A stretch of 55,380 nucleotides of DNA from a virus (Duplodnaviria > Caudoviricetes), in the IMG/VR virus record IMGVR_UViG_3300048556_000227, positions 1 through 55,380 of that record, one strand, 5' to 3'. The position numbers and the translations under genes were made by a program. The notes beneath the pieces are model-generated. The model saw only the letters and a program-made list of their open reading frames with translations, made no database searches and was not told the origin of the DNA. Of this stretch, positions 16,577 through 25,025 are shown piece by piece (positions within the stretch are counted from its first letter, which is position 1; each line of letters begins with the position of its first letter).

Positions 16577-17060
16577 CTTCAGAAAAGAACACAAAATAAC
16601 CCAAGCTGAAGCTGCGTCTGAACTCGGCTGGGGCCAGAGCAACTTCAGCCATTACATAGCTAATATCAACAAGCTGAACCCGAACACGATATTCAAGCTA
16701 TCGGTGTTCCTGCAAGTTGACCCGACAGAAATTGACCCTAATTGTTTTGACGAGCTGCCAGAAACTCGATTTGTTCGGACTGAAACAAAGTCAGGCGCTA
16801 AGAAAACTGAGCAACTTTGCGTACTAGGAAAAACCTTAACCGGCAACACCTACGCTTATCACCCAGATATGGGGTATAAACTGCCAATGGGTTGCAAGAT
16901 CGTAGCGGTATCTCCGAATCAAGCCAAAGCAAAACAAAGCAACCTGTTCCTTGTTCGAAAATCCGCAAAAGACCAGTGGCAGCTACTAGAGCATGACTCT
17001 CTACCCCAGCTCCGCAAACTTTATAAAAACATAAAAAGCGTTACAAATATCTACACATAA
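16521..17060 (+). CDS. XRE-family HTH regulator (candidate repressor)
   Basis: ITQAEAASELGWGQSNFSHYIAN...L.VDPTEI. Confidence 0.8.
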   Translation: MKEENLPIPVQNLRRIWDNFRKEHKITQAEAASELGWGQSNFSHYIANINKLNPNTIFKLSVFLQVDPTEIDPNCFDELPETRFVRTETKSGAKKTEQLCVLGKTLTGNTYAYHPDMGYKLPMGCKIVAVSPNQAKAKQSNLFLVRKSAKDQWQLLEHDSLPQLRKLYKNIKSVTNIYT

Positions 17061-17095
17061 TTAAACATTAATGTTATAAAGCACACGTAACTTAA

Positions 17096-17112
17096 TAGTA
17101 GCATTTCTACTA
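17096..17112. promoter_or_regulatory. 17-bp palindrome upstream of the excisionase-like gene
   Basis: TAGTAG-CATTT-CTACTA in an AT-rich gap. Confidence 0.7.
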
Positions 17113-17146
17113 AATTTATTTCCCCCTACCCGCACTAAGGACTGTT

Positions 17147-17359
17147 ATGCAGCTAATGCTCGAAGAGAAATACGGCCCTTTTATGACGGTTGAAGATCTG
17201 GCCAATCTAGTGAAAACCAACAAACAAACCATCTATAACCGGCTCTACAACGAGACCCTCGGCATACCACACTGGCGTATGGGTAAACGGTACTTGTTCC
17301 CCACCGAAGGTGTAGAAATCTACATCAACAAAAGCATGAGCCCCGCCGCCAATGACTGA
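17147..17359 (+). CDS. Excisionase-like HTH protein
   Basis: FMTVEDLANLVKTNKQTIYN...IPHWRMGKRYLF; close to the integrase. Confidence 0.8.
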   Translation: MQLMLEEKYGPFMTVEDLANLVKTNKQTIYNRLYNETLGIPHWRMGKRYLFPTEGVEIYINKSMSPAAND

Positions 17360-17579
17360 CGGCGACATGGTGCATTCACCTGCGCACTATGCCGAAAGCG
17401 ACATAGAGTGTATCGACGCAATGGTCGCAGCGTTTGGTGCTGAAGCTGTACAGACGTATTGCCGCCTTGCCAGCTTCAAGTATCAATGGCGTGCCGGAAA
17501 GAAGTTCGATGCCGATGAAGACCTTCGCAAATCTATCTGGTACACGCGCTTCGCAATGGGTGACGACCCACGAGCTTAG
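17352..17579 (+). CDS. DUF3310-like protein
   Basis: DMVHSPAHY...IECIDAM...KYQWRAGKK...EDLRKSIWY. Confidence 0.85.
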   Translation: MTDGDMVHSPAHYAESDIECIDAMVAAFGAEAVQTYCRLASFKYQWRAGKKFDADEDLRKSIWYTRFAMGDDPRA

Positions 17580-18643
17580 AAGTTTTCGGCGTTTAGCTGC
17601 GTATACCGACGCAGCGTTTCCCACTTTTTATGCCCTGAGATGTGCGCTACTTGTGGTATCGAATAGTTGCTTTCTCTGTCTTCGAACAATCGGCTAATAC
17701 CTTCGTGCCGCAAGTCGTGAAACGTCAGATCTTCAATGCCCACCCGCTTACATACCCGAGCAAACCTGTCTGATATTGCCCCACTCGTCGCAGGCTTCCC
17801 AAACACGTGATCAGGCCGTGCAGGCAGTCGAATCCTGTTACGGGTTACCTTGCCAACCTTCTCATATTCACGCAGGAGCACCTCTCTCACGCCCTTTCTC
17901 ATGGGTATTACGTGGTCATTGCCCTGCTTGCGACCTGGAGTTCTTCTGCTTTCTATAGCAATGGTGTGCTTGCCAAAGTCTACATTCGCCCAAGTTAGCT
18001 CATGGATTTCGCGCTGACGCATACACGACTCCACAGCAAACTCGATCATCGGGCTTAACCAGTTGTTCCCAGACTCAGCGTTGTGCTGTCGCCCTACACC
18101 AGCCATCAGTTTTTCCCACTCCCCTTCCTGCAACCGGCGTGTACGGCGTTTGCTGCCTGCGACCATCTTGAGTGAACCGAGCGTAGGCTGTGTAACCACA
18201 ACGGGGTTCGCTGCTATCGGCAGCCTCCAGATCACAATGCCGTAATCGATCACCTGCTTGAGATAGGACATGTCTTTTTGAAGCGTTGATGCGGCGACCT
18301 TCTGACGACGCTGTTTGCCGTAGTTAAGTAGGTACTGTGGGGTCAGGTCACTGAGCGTATCCGCCCCAAACTCACGGGCCATACGGCGTAGGCTTGCGAG
18401 CTTAGACCCAGACACTGGAGCTGTGTCCTTTAGTTCTTCGATGTAGTTGTAGATCAGATCCGACAGGTTGTGGCTGACCTGTGTGCGCTCGTTAACGTAG
18501 ACGCCTGCGTCCATCTGCATCTCGACCTTCATAGCCCATGCTTTCGCCGCAGATTTTGTTTGAAACGTCTTGGTGACCCGTGAATATCTAGCTTTCTTTA
18601 TTGCCGCACGCCACTTATTGCCGCGACGTTCAAATGTAGCCAT
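17576..18643 (-). CDS. int: Tyrosine integrase
   Basis: CMRQREI, FHDLRHE, SGHK, RRYT catalytic residues; N-terminal arm-binding segment. Confidence 0.95.
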   Translation of the reverse strand: MATFERRGNKWRAAIKKARYSRVTKTFQTKSAAKAWAMKVEMQMDAGVYVNERTQVSHNLSDLIYNYIEELKDTAPVSGSKLASLRRMAREFGADTLSDLTPQYLLNYGKQRRQKVAASTLQKDMSYLKQVIDYGIVIWRLPIAANPVVVTQPTLGSLKMVAGSKRRTRRLQEGEWEKLMAGVGRQHNAESGNNWLSPMIEFAVESCMRQREIHELTWANVDFGKHTIAIESRRTPGRKQGNDHVIPMRKGVREVLLREYEKVGKVTRNRIRLPARPDHVFGKPATSGAISDRFARVCKRVGIEDLTFHDLRHEGISRLFEDRESNYSIPQVAHISGHKKWETLRRYTQLNAENF

Positions 18644-18716
18644 ATCCTTGGCCCCCTAAAGTACACCTTTGGGGGAATCGTATTATAATAATTAATAAAA
18701 ACATAGGGTTATATCG

Positions 18717-18747
18717 GTGACGGAGAGAATCCCTCTCTCTCCGCCAT
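18717..18747 (+). other. attP core resembling the 3' end of a tRNA-Ser
   Basis: GAATCCCTCTCTCTCCGCCA (18727-18746); inverted repeat CGGAGAGA/TCTCTCCG around a 7-bp spacer; upstream of int. Confidence 0.8.
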
Positions 18748-18873
18748 ACAATATATTTCCCTTATAAATCAGTAACTTAAAAAGACCAGAGCCGCTTTGG
18801 GGGCCAAAATTAAGTCTTTGTTTTTACTAAGTTTTATAATCTAGCCTAATCCTAAGTACACCAATGGGGGCCG

Positions 18874-19299
18874 TTAAGAACGACGCCTTGGTCGATGACT
18901 TACCTTACGTACTCGGGCTGTCTTCTTCGCTATCTTTTTTGGCTGTGCTGAGAACTGCTTGCCTTTCTTTGTGTCTTCCCGCTTCTTACGGGTAGTGGCA
19001 GCGTACTCCTTGTCTGATAGAGCCGCTCTAGCCTTCTTCGGGAGATACCTTTCACCTGTTGCTTTCTTTCCTTGAGTTGAGTTTTTACCGGACTTCGTGC
19101 CCCACTCTTCTTTTGTCCACTTCGACAGTGACTTTTGGGCCTTAGTCTTGGGGCCTTTATAGCCACCACCGGATTTCTTGTAGCGTTGGGTGGCGATCTG
19201 CGCCTTACGCGCCGACCACTGCCCAGGTTTGCCGCCTGCAGATCCAGCCTTTACAGCCGCAACAATCCGCTTCCACTTAGGCTCGTCGGTTCTAGCCAT
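18874..19299 (-). CDS. Highly basic protein (resembles DUF5872-type phage proteins)
   Basis: GGKPGQWSARKAQ...LSKWTKEEW...ERYLPKKA; K/R-rich. Confidence 0.75.
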   Translation of the reverse strand: MARTDEPKWKRIVAAVKAGSAGGKPGQWSARKAQIATQRYKKSGGGYKGPKTKAQKSLSKWTKEEWGTKSGKNSTQGKKATGERYLPKKARAALSDKEYAATTRKKREDTKKGKQFSAQPKKIAKKTARVRKVSHRPRRRS

Positions 19300-19451
19300 T
19301 ACTTGCTACCGTGTGAGCGCTGCACAGCAAAGTTAGCTGTCTTGCTCGCGCCTTTATGCTTCTTAAAACCTTCTTTGGGATCTTTCATCACCTTCATTGT
19401 CCCGTTCGACTGCTTCATCCAGTGATAACCCTTAGGTGCTGCTACCTTCAT
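19299..19451 (-). CDS. 50-aa basic protein (not in ORF track)
   Basis: MKVAAPKGYHWMKQSNGTMKVMKDPKEGFKKHKGASKTANFAVQRSHGSK; GAGGAGG RBS; overlaps both neighbours. Confidence 0.7.
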   Translation of the reverse strand: MKVAAPKGYHWMKQSNGTMKVMKDPKEGFKKHKGASKTANFAVQRSHGSK

Positions 19452-19552
19452 ACTGTCCTCCTCTTCGTGTAGCCCCGCTTCTTAGTGTTGTTCTTAGCCA
19501 TCTTCTTCATGTTCCGAGGTGGCTGATTGATACAGGGGGTTCCATAGTGCAT
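19448..19552 (-). CDS. 34-aa basic peptide (not in ORF track)
   Basis: AGGAGG RBS; MHYGTPCINQPPRNMKKMAKNNTKKRGYTKRRTV; ATGA overlap. Confidence 0.6.
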   Translation of the reverse strand: MHYGTPCINQPPRNMKKMAKNNTKKRGYTKRRTV

Positions 19553-19561
19553 AAGCACCTC

Positions 19562-19885
19562 CTACTTTTTATTAGACCAAGCCTGCGCTCCGAAGAACGC
19601 GGCCAAGATACCGGCAACACTGACGAAGTAGACCGACGCCATGTCACCAAGAATTGATGCCGCTTGCTCTAGCCCAAACATAGTGCTGGCCACTACAAGC
19701 GACGGGTAAAGCAGCATTCCCCACAACGCGAACCAAGACATAGCCCGCTGCGCGTCTGCTCGCTCGTGGCTAATCTTCAGTTCTTGCAGTTCTTTGCTGG
19801 TGTTCAGCTCTTCGTCTGTGACGATCCCGTCACCATCAGCGTCGTAAGCCGCATATTCACTGTTGGGTTCTAAACGTTTGTTCAT
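19562..19885 (-). CDS. EF-hand-like loop plus two TM helices (holin-like)
   Basis: DADGDGIVTDEE; two hydrophobic segments. Confidence 0.7.
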   Translation of the reverse strand: MNKRLEPNSEYAAYDADGDGIVTDEELNTSKELQELKISHERADAQRAMSWFALWGMLLYPSLVVASTMFGLEQAASILGDMASVYFVSVAGILAAFFGAQAWSNKK

Positions 19886-20349
19886 TAGGTAAATGCTCTA
19901 ATCGTGAGATACAACACCGCGACCGCAATGCCGCCCCCAATTACCAACGTCACGCCGCCGACGAGTAGCTGATTCATCAACTTATCCCGCTCTTTTTTCT
20001 TTCGAGCTAGCAAAGCCATGTGCTGCTGACGGGCCTGCTCCTGCTCAGCTTTTGCCCGTTTAAAGTCGTCGAGTAGCTTCGGATCTGCCACTAGCAGGAG
20101 ATCATTTACCGACTGCCAGTGCCGCTCATACTGTCTGCGAAGCATTTGAATCTTGAGTAGGTCGTTCTGACTCAAAGGCTTAAACGTCGATGCTTTTCTA
20201 TCGACTTCAAACTGATTTAGGGCTTCGCCAAAATCTGATATCAGGCCCATAGCCTGCTGAACACCGGATCCCGTTTCGTTAACTTGGCTTATGACCGAGT
20301 TAATCTGACTTAACAGCATCCCAGCGGCGGCTACCGATTCGATAACCAC
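19885..20349 (-). CDS. Coiled-coil protein with C-terminal TM
   Basis: ORF in the late operon with a hydrophobic C-terminus. Confidence 0.7.
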   Translation of the reverse strand: MVIESVAAAGMLLSQINSVISQVNETGSGVQQAMGLISDFGEALNQFEVDRKASTFKPLSQNDLLKIQMLRRQYERHWQSVNDLLLVADPKLLDDFKRAKAEQEQARQQHMALLARKKKERDKLMNQLLVGGVTLVIGGGIAVAVLYLTIRAFT

Positions 20350-20351
20350 GA

Positions 20352-20741
20352 CTAACTCGGTGGGTCAGGCCAAACCACATCTTCCAATGACGTGACGTGA
20401 GAATAATCACTAGGTAAATCGCGCAGTCGTTGCCGATACATTTGCCACTCGCTGCGCTGTTCGGCAGTCAGTGGGGAGTCAGGTACTTGTGTCCAATCTG
20501 TACCGTTTAAGCCGAGGTCTCTTTGTTGCCGCAATTCAAACATTACGACGGCTGTTTGTTCAGTTGCGCTCGACTCGGGTTTATCTACAATCACCCCGTC
20601 GACAACGCACTGGATCGCGTCGTTTGCTGCACCCTCCATAATTAATTCGCTGCCGTGACACTGGAGCGCAAACACCTCGTCAGGACAACTACCAGTGCGA
20701 AGAATCGTCCCTTCACTGTTGTAGATAACAAAGCTCTTCAT
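20352..20741 (-). CDS. Tail fibre assembly chaperone
   Basis: LRQQRD..L..TDWTQVPDSPL...W..YRQ.LRDLP...WP. Confidence 0.85.
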   Translation of the reverse strand: MKSFVIYNSEGTILRTGSCPDEVFALQCHGSELIMEGAANDAIQCVVDGVIVDKPESSATEQTAVVMFELRQQRDLGLNGTDWTQVPDSPLTAEQRSEWQMYRQRLRDLPSDYSHVTSLEDVVWPDPPS

Positions 20742-22543
20742 TTCTTCGTTTCCAATGATCGCAAAAACGTATGCTCTAAAACCTCTTGATAACCCCCTTG
20801 CCCTAGACCCGCGCCAAAATAAATTTTCAGTGTATAGGTGTAAGTACCCGCTGACGGAGTATCTCGGATAAGAAACGGGCCATAAGGAAGCAGATTGGAG
20901 GAGTGATACATAAAGCCGGAGGCAAATAAAAATGTTGTGCCGCGCATAATTGCCACTTTGCCTAGGAAAGCGCTGCCTGAAGTCTGCGCTATGTATGAGG
21001 CAATCAACTCTATGGGTGCGCCAGACGCTGCGTGTGTCACACTTTCAAGTGTGTAATATCCATTTGAATCAGCAGAGCCTAAAGACCCCATAGACACCCC
21101 TGACACAGAGCTTGATCTGCTGCGTTGGGCTGCTGTGCTGGCTGAAACAGGGAACGTAACCGCTTGGTCTTGGATTTTTAGCGTACTGACCGCTAGGTTT
21201 TGAATCTTCGCGTTACCGACACCAAGATCTTTAATAATTACTGTTGGAACACCACCTATGTTTTGGGACGTAATCGTCGAGTTATCGAGCCTGATCTTGG
21301 AAGCATCAATGGTGTTTGTGCCGATTCGATTTGCTGAAATAGTTCCTGCGGTAATCTTGTCCGCATTTAGAGCGCCGATCTTTGCAGAAGCAATTGACCC
21401 GTTCTTGATGAAAGCATCAGCCATGTAAACGCCTGCGGCGACTGACTCACCGTTCAAAGTCGTAGCACTAGCCTGTACAACAAACGGTACAGTCGCAGTA
21501 GCGGTATTTGACCCGCCTCGCATAATCGCAAACCGATCAGCGTTGACGATGAACTCGCTTATGATATTTCCCGCTGAATTAGCCGTACTCGCTAATCCAT
21601 ATCCAGCTACTGCGCCGTTGTTGTCGATCTTCACAACATACTTAGCCTCAAGACCATTAATGCTGGAGGCTTGTGTACTAATCGAGGCAGTGTTCGTGCC
21701 GACAGTAGTTTGTAGAGTGGTAATCGAGCTGCTCAAAGCTGAATCCGCACTGGCTCTTGTTGTTTGCTCTGAACTGAGTTGAGCCGAGGTAGCCGCGCCG
21801 TTAGCCGTTGTTTCTACAGCGCCCATGCGCGTCAGTAAGCTGTTACCGCTGTAGGTACTTGAGTATCCAGTAAATGTTGCAAGCGGATCGATCTTCGCAA
21901 TCGGAGTGGAGAGCGAACTTGCTAGCTCGCTAGTAGTAATCGCCCCAGCCAAGATCCCCAGCTGATGGGCTACATCTGTAGCCGTAGCCGCTACCGTTCC
22001 AGAAGCAGAGTTAAACGGCCCCGCAAGACCGTCAGTGTTTACGTGCCGCACCCAATAATAACGAGTCTGACCTGAGCCAACTGGGTCAACAAAAACTCTA
22101 CCAGTCTGAATGCCTAACAAAGTAGCGTCGCCAATCACATCAGACGTATGCACATGTACTTCGGTGTGAGAATGATTGGAGTAAGCGGGGTAACTCCAAT
22201 TCAGAATAATCTGGCTGTATGCGCCGTTAGCAGTAAACCCAGTCGGGGCTGGTGGGACAGCTAGATCAACCAAAGACGCTCCGGGCTGCACAAAACCGAC
22301 GTTTCCGCTGCGGTTCGGGTCAAATGGTGACGATGCCAGCTCTGTAGCCAGACCGCTATCGATCAATTCCCGCATCGTTACAGCACGATCTCGGGGGTCA
22401 CCGCGACGACCAAGACGGATCGAAACCACCTGCGATAACGTTTCAAGGTATTTACGTAGTTCCGGCGAGGCACCCGCTGGGATAGCAGGCAGCGCTGGGA
22501 CTTGGGTAGGCGTATTTGTACGTGTGTTGCTGTTAGCTCCCAC
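20738..22543 (-). CDS. Tail/host-specificity protein (Fn3-like plus gpJ C-terminal/DUF1983-like region)
   Basis: YYWVRHVN..G..GPF, YVVKIDNNG.VAGYGL, F.VNADRFAI, AFIKNGSI..AKI. Confidence 0.8.
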   Translation of the reverse strand: MGANSNTRTNTPTQVPALPAIPAGASPELRKYLETLSQVVSIRLGRRGDPRDRAVTMRELIDSGLATELASSPFDPNRSGNVGFVQPGASLVDLAVPPAPTGFTANGAYSQIILNWSYPAYSNHSHTEVHVHTSDVIGDATLLGIQTGRVFVDPVGSGQTRYYWVRHVNTDGLAGPFNSASGTVAATATDVAHQLGILAGAITTSELASSLSTPIAKIDPLATFTGYSSTYSGNSLLTRMGAVETTANGAATSAQLSSEQTTRASADSALSSSITTLQTTVGTNTASISTQASSINGLEAKYVVKIDNNGAVAGYGLASTANSAGNIISEFIVNADRFAIMRGGSNTATATVPFVVQASATTLNGESVAAGVYMADAFIKNGSIASAKIGALNADKITAGTISANRIGTNTIDASKIRLDNSTITSQNIGGVPTVIIKDLGVGNAKIQNLAVSTLKIQDQAVTFPVSASTAAQRSRSSSVSGVSMGSLGSADSNGYYTLESVTHAASGAPIELIASYIAQTSGSAFLGKVAIMRGTTFLFASGFMYHSSNLLPYGPFLIRDTPSAGTYTYTLKIYFGAGLGQGGYQEVLEHTFLRSLETKK

Positions 22544-24251
22544 GGATCTCGTCCATGCTTTGCGCTAAACAGATCTCGTTGATTGTCACGGCTCCAGAAA
22601 CTTCCACCTCCCACTCGGTAGCAACGGTGGCGGGCAGCCTCATAATAGGCTCGCGTAGCGTGCCATTAGCAATCCCACTGGGAGTGCTCGTAACTTGAGT
22701 GTAAACACCGGAGGATTCGGACAGTTGGTAGTGCGCGATCAAAGCCCCGTCACCATACACTTTGATTGTCACAGGATAGTTTTCAGCGTGAACAGACACC
22801 CACGCCATACTCACTGGACTAGGTGTAGTGTACTTCTTGGTCTTAAACGTCAGGGTCTTGCTATCTGTACCACCACGGTACTTGCGGATTTTGTTACCCT
22901 CGATGACATACAGCTGCCCAGACTTCGGATCTTCAAACCCACCGCGTATCTCATTTGACAGCGTGATTGTGGCGAACGCTGCTTCGCTTGCACGAGGGTC
23001 ATACACCCAGCCGCCGAGCGTGCTTCCGTCTTTGTAGAAAGCAACATACGTACCTTCGTGTCGAAATGCGCGGATCAGCGTTGGGCGGAAATCGTTGTTC
23101 CACTGCTCAACCGAGATTAGACCGCGTGACACAACTTCGCCCGTCGTACTAGAAACGGCGACCAGCCCGTCGGGGGCTGCGTATAAAACGTACTCCCCCA
23201 TATCAACAACCGAGTTCTTGTTGACGCACGCTTGGGCCAAGTCCACGCGAATAGGAGTTAGAGCCGCTGGATCGGTACCCGTGATGAAGTACGGGGTGCC
23301 ATTTGTCAGCGCAACCACACCATTACCTGTTGCGGCTATGTCGACAATGTCTTCTTCTAATGTAATCCGATACTGAATCGGCCATGCGTGAGGCAAGAAT
23401 GGCTCACTAAGACAGAAACGTTTACCAGAAAAGCCGGCCATAACCCCGTTACCAACTGCTGTGAGCCCTAACATCGGGCCATCGGGGTAAAGAGAAGTGT
23501 CATCGTCGGGTGGCCCGATCCAAGTGCCACTGGGCAATACCTCGGCCAAAGCCGAAGAAGCCGTTGTGTCGCTGTAGGTTATAGAGGACAGCCCAACTTC
23601 AGCTACAAACTGAAAGTCAGTAAATTGCGAACCGGTATTGCTTCGGTATATCCGCTTCTTTGCTGCTGCGCCGAAAAAGTAATTACCTGAAGGTGTCGCG
23701 CTCGTCGGCATACTTACCGTCACCGTCTCGCTGCTTGTGACGTCTAGTGTGGTCGAAGCAAGACTCGGCGGGCCTTCTTCCCCTAAGTCCGTTACTAATG
23801 TGTACACATAAGCACGAGTCTCGGGCGTTTCGGCTCCCGACACAGAACCGCTTTTGGCTATGGTTGGCGCGGCTGTTGGTGCCGGAACTCCAAGCCTGTA
23901 GCTCACCACAGGGTATCCACTGCCGCCACTGATCATAGAAGCGACCGTTCCCACCCGAGGGTAATCGTCACCAGTAAAATACAGGCGCTCGTTAGTGTCG
24001 TTAGGGATGGGGCCAGGGACTACATCAACACCGTCTTCTGACCACTCAAGCCAGTTTGTATCGCGGTAGTAATAGATCGAACGGCGAGAGCCGTTCTGCA
24101 GGGTGTACGTATCGCTGTCCTGCTTAATAGGAACAAGCCGACCGGACTCAAAATCTATGTTTTGAGAAGTCTGCCCAAACTGTTCGCTTATCAATCTGGG
24201 AGCTACCCCAGGCGCGATACCCGAAAAACGTGTGTTCTTAAAATACGCCAT
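22533..24251 (-). CDS. Tail tubular/nozzle (stabilisation) protein
   Basis: 572 aa, beta-rich; FSGIAP..APRL, SEPFLPHAWP; position in the tail module. Confidence 0.75.
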   Translation of the reverse strand: MAYFKNTRFSGIAPGVAPRLISEQFGQTSQNIDFESGRLVPIKQDSDTYTLQNGSRRSIYYYRDTNWLEWSEDGVDVVPGPIPNDTNERLYFTGDDYPRVGTVASMISGGSGYPVVSYRLGVPAPTAAPTIAKSGSVSGAETPETRAYVYTLVTDLGEEGPPSLASTTLDVTSSETVTVSMPTSATPSGNYFFGAAAKKRIYRSNTGSQFTDFQFVAEVGLSSITYSDTTASSALAEVLPSGTWIGPPDDDTSLYPDGPMLGLTAVGNGVMAGFSGKRFCLSEPFLPHAWPIQYRITLEEDIVDIAATGNGVVALTNGTPYFITGTDPAALTPIRVDLAQACVNKNSVVDMGEYVLYAAPDGLVAVSSTTGEVVSRGLISVEQWNNDFRPTLIRAFRHEGTYVAFYKDGSTLGGWVYDPRASEAAFATITLSNEIRGGFEDPKSGQLYVIEGNKIRKYRGGTDSKTLTFKTKKYTTPSPVSMAWVSVHAENYPVTIKVYGDGALIAHYQLSESSGVYTQVTSTPSGIANGTLREPIMRLPATVATEWEVEVSGAVTINEICLAQSMDEIRGS

Positions 24252-24253
24252 GC

Positions 24254-24490
24254 CTACCTCAAAAGTAACGTGACGATGATGCCGGCCATACCAGCCATAA
24301 GGCTAAAAGCAGCTACAAACATATTGCTGCTGATAGTTGCTAACTGCGACTCTATGGATTCCAACCGATTAAAAATTGTTTTCGACCGTTCTTCACACAT
24401 AGCTTCATGCGCGGTTAGCCGCTGTACAGCCTCAAAATATCGTTCATCGTCACGTTGCGTCGGCATAGGAGTCGGCATCAGTTTCTTCAC
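24254..24490 (-). CDS. Coiled-coil protein with C-terminal TM (XhlA-like)
   Basis: HEAMCEER...RLESIE followed by a hydrophobic tail. Confidence 0.65.
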   Translation of the reverse strand: MKKLMPTPMPTQRDDERYFEAVQRLTAHEAMCEERSKTIFNRLESIESQLATISSNMFVAAFSLMAGMAGIIVTLLLR

Positions 24491-24698
24491 CTTCTTTCAA
24501 AGAAGTTGAAATCATATTTGCCAGTGACTTCATAGAGACCTCATGGATCGTAGCGCTGCGACGGGCCGCTAACATTGCTTCCATCGCTTCGTTATGAAGT
24601 GCAATAAGCTCTTTTACCTGATCGCTCAGGCCAGACACTGGATAGGACACGTTGTCCACAATGATCGTTGTTTCTTGTTCGGTGCTATCTTCAGCCAT
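24450..24698 (-). CDS. Hypothetical protein
   Basis: AGGA RBS; downstream of a palindrome/promoter. Confidence 0.65.
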   Translation of the reverse strand: MAEDSTEQETTIIVDNVSYPVSGLSDQVKELIALHNEAMEAMLAARRSATIHEVSMKSLANMISTSLKEGEETDADSYADAT

Positions 24699-24726
24699 AT
24701 CAACTTTCCTAGTTTTTGATCCGCAA

Positions 24727-24743
24727 TAGTAGCATTTGTACTA
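24727..24743. promoter_or_regulatory. 17-bp palindromic operator-like site
   Basis: TAGTAG-CATTT-GTACTA, intergenic. Confidence 0.7.
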
Positions 24744-24758
24744 TTTGTCGTACATAAA

Positions 24759-25016
24759 TTAAAGAACTACTTCCGTCTGTGCAGCGTTATAAGCTGCTAT
24801 AGCTTCTGTTGTGTGGAACGTATTGCACATGGCTTGAACCTCTGTGCTTTCACCTGACCAATCGTCAGTGGGTGATACAACGTGGCGATGAAAGGATCTG
24901 CTGATCTCTACATCATCTCTGCTGATAATAGTAGCTGTACGGACTTGGATAGCTTTCCAGCCTCCGCAGTCCACTACTTCAATCTTGTCTTCTACTGTTG
25001 CTTCTGAAAGTGCCAT
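24759..25016 (-). CDS. Probable tail-fibre chaperone
   Basis: Small gene directly after a fibre; EDKIEVV...IQVRTAT...SFHRHV. Confidence 0.65.
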   Translation of the reverse strand: MALSEATVEDKIEVVDCGGWKAIQVRTATIISRDDVEISRSFHRHVVSPTDDWSGESTEVQAMCNTFHTTEAIAAYNAAQTEVVL

Positions 25017-25025
25017 ATTTTATCC

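Noticed and set aside
18715-18746. Intact tRNA gene
   Set aside because: Only the 3' ~20 nt are present; upstream sequence is AT-rich and cannot form D or anticodon arms
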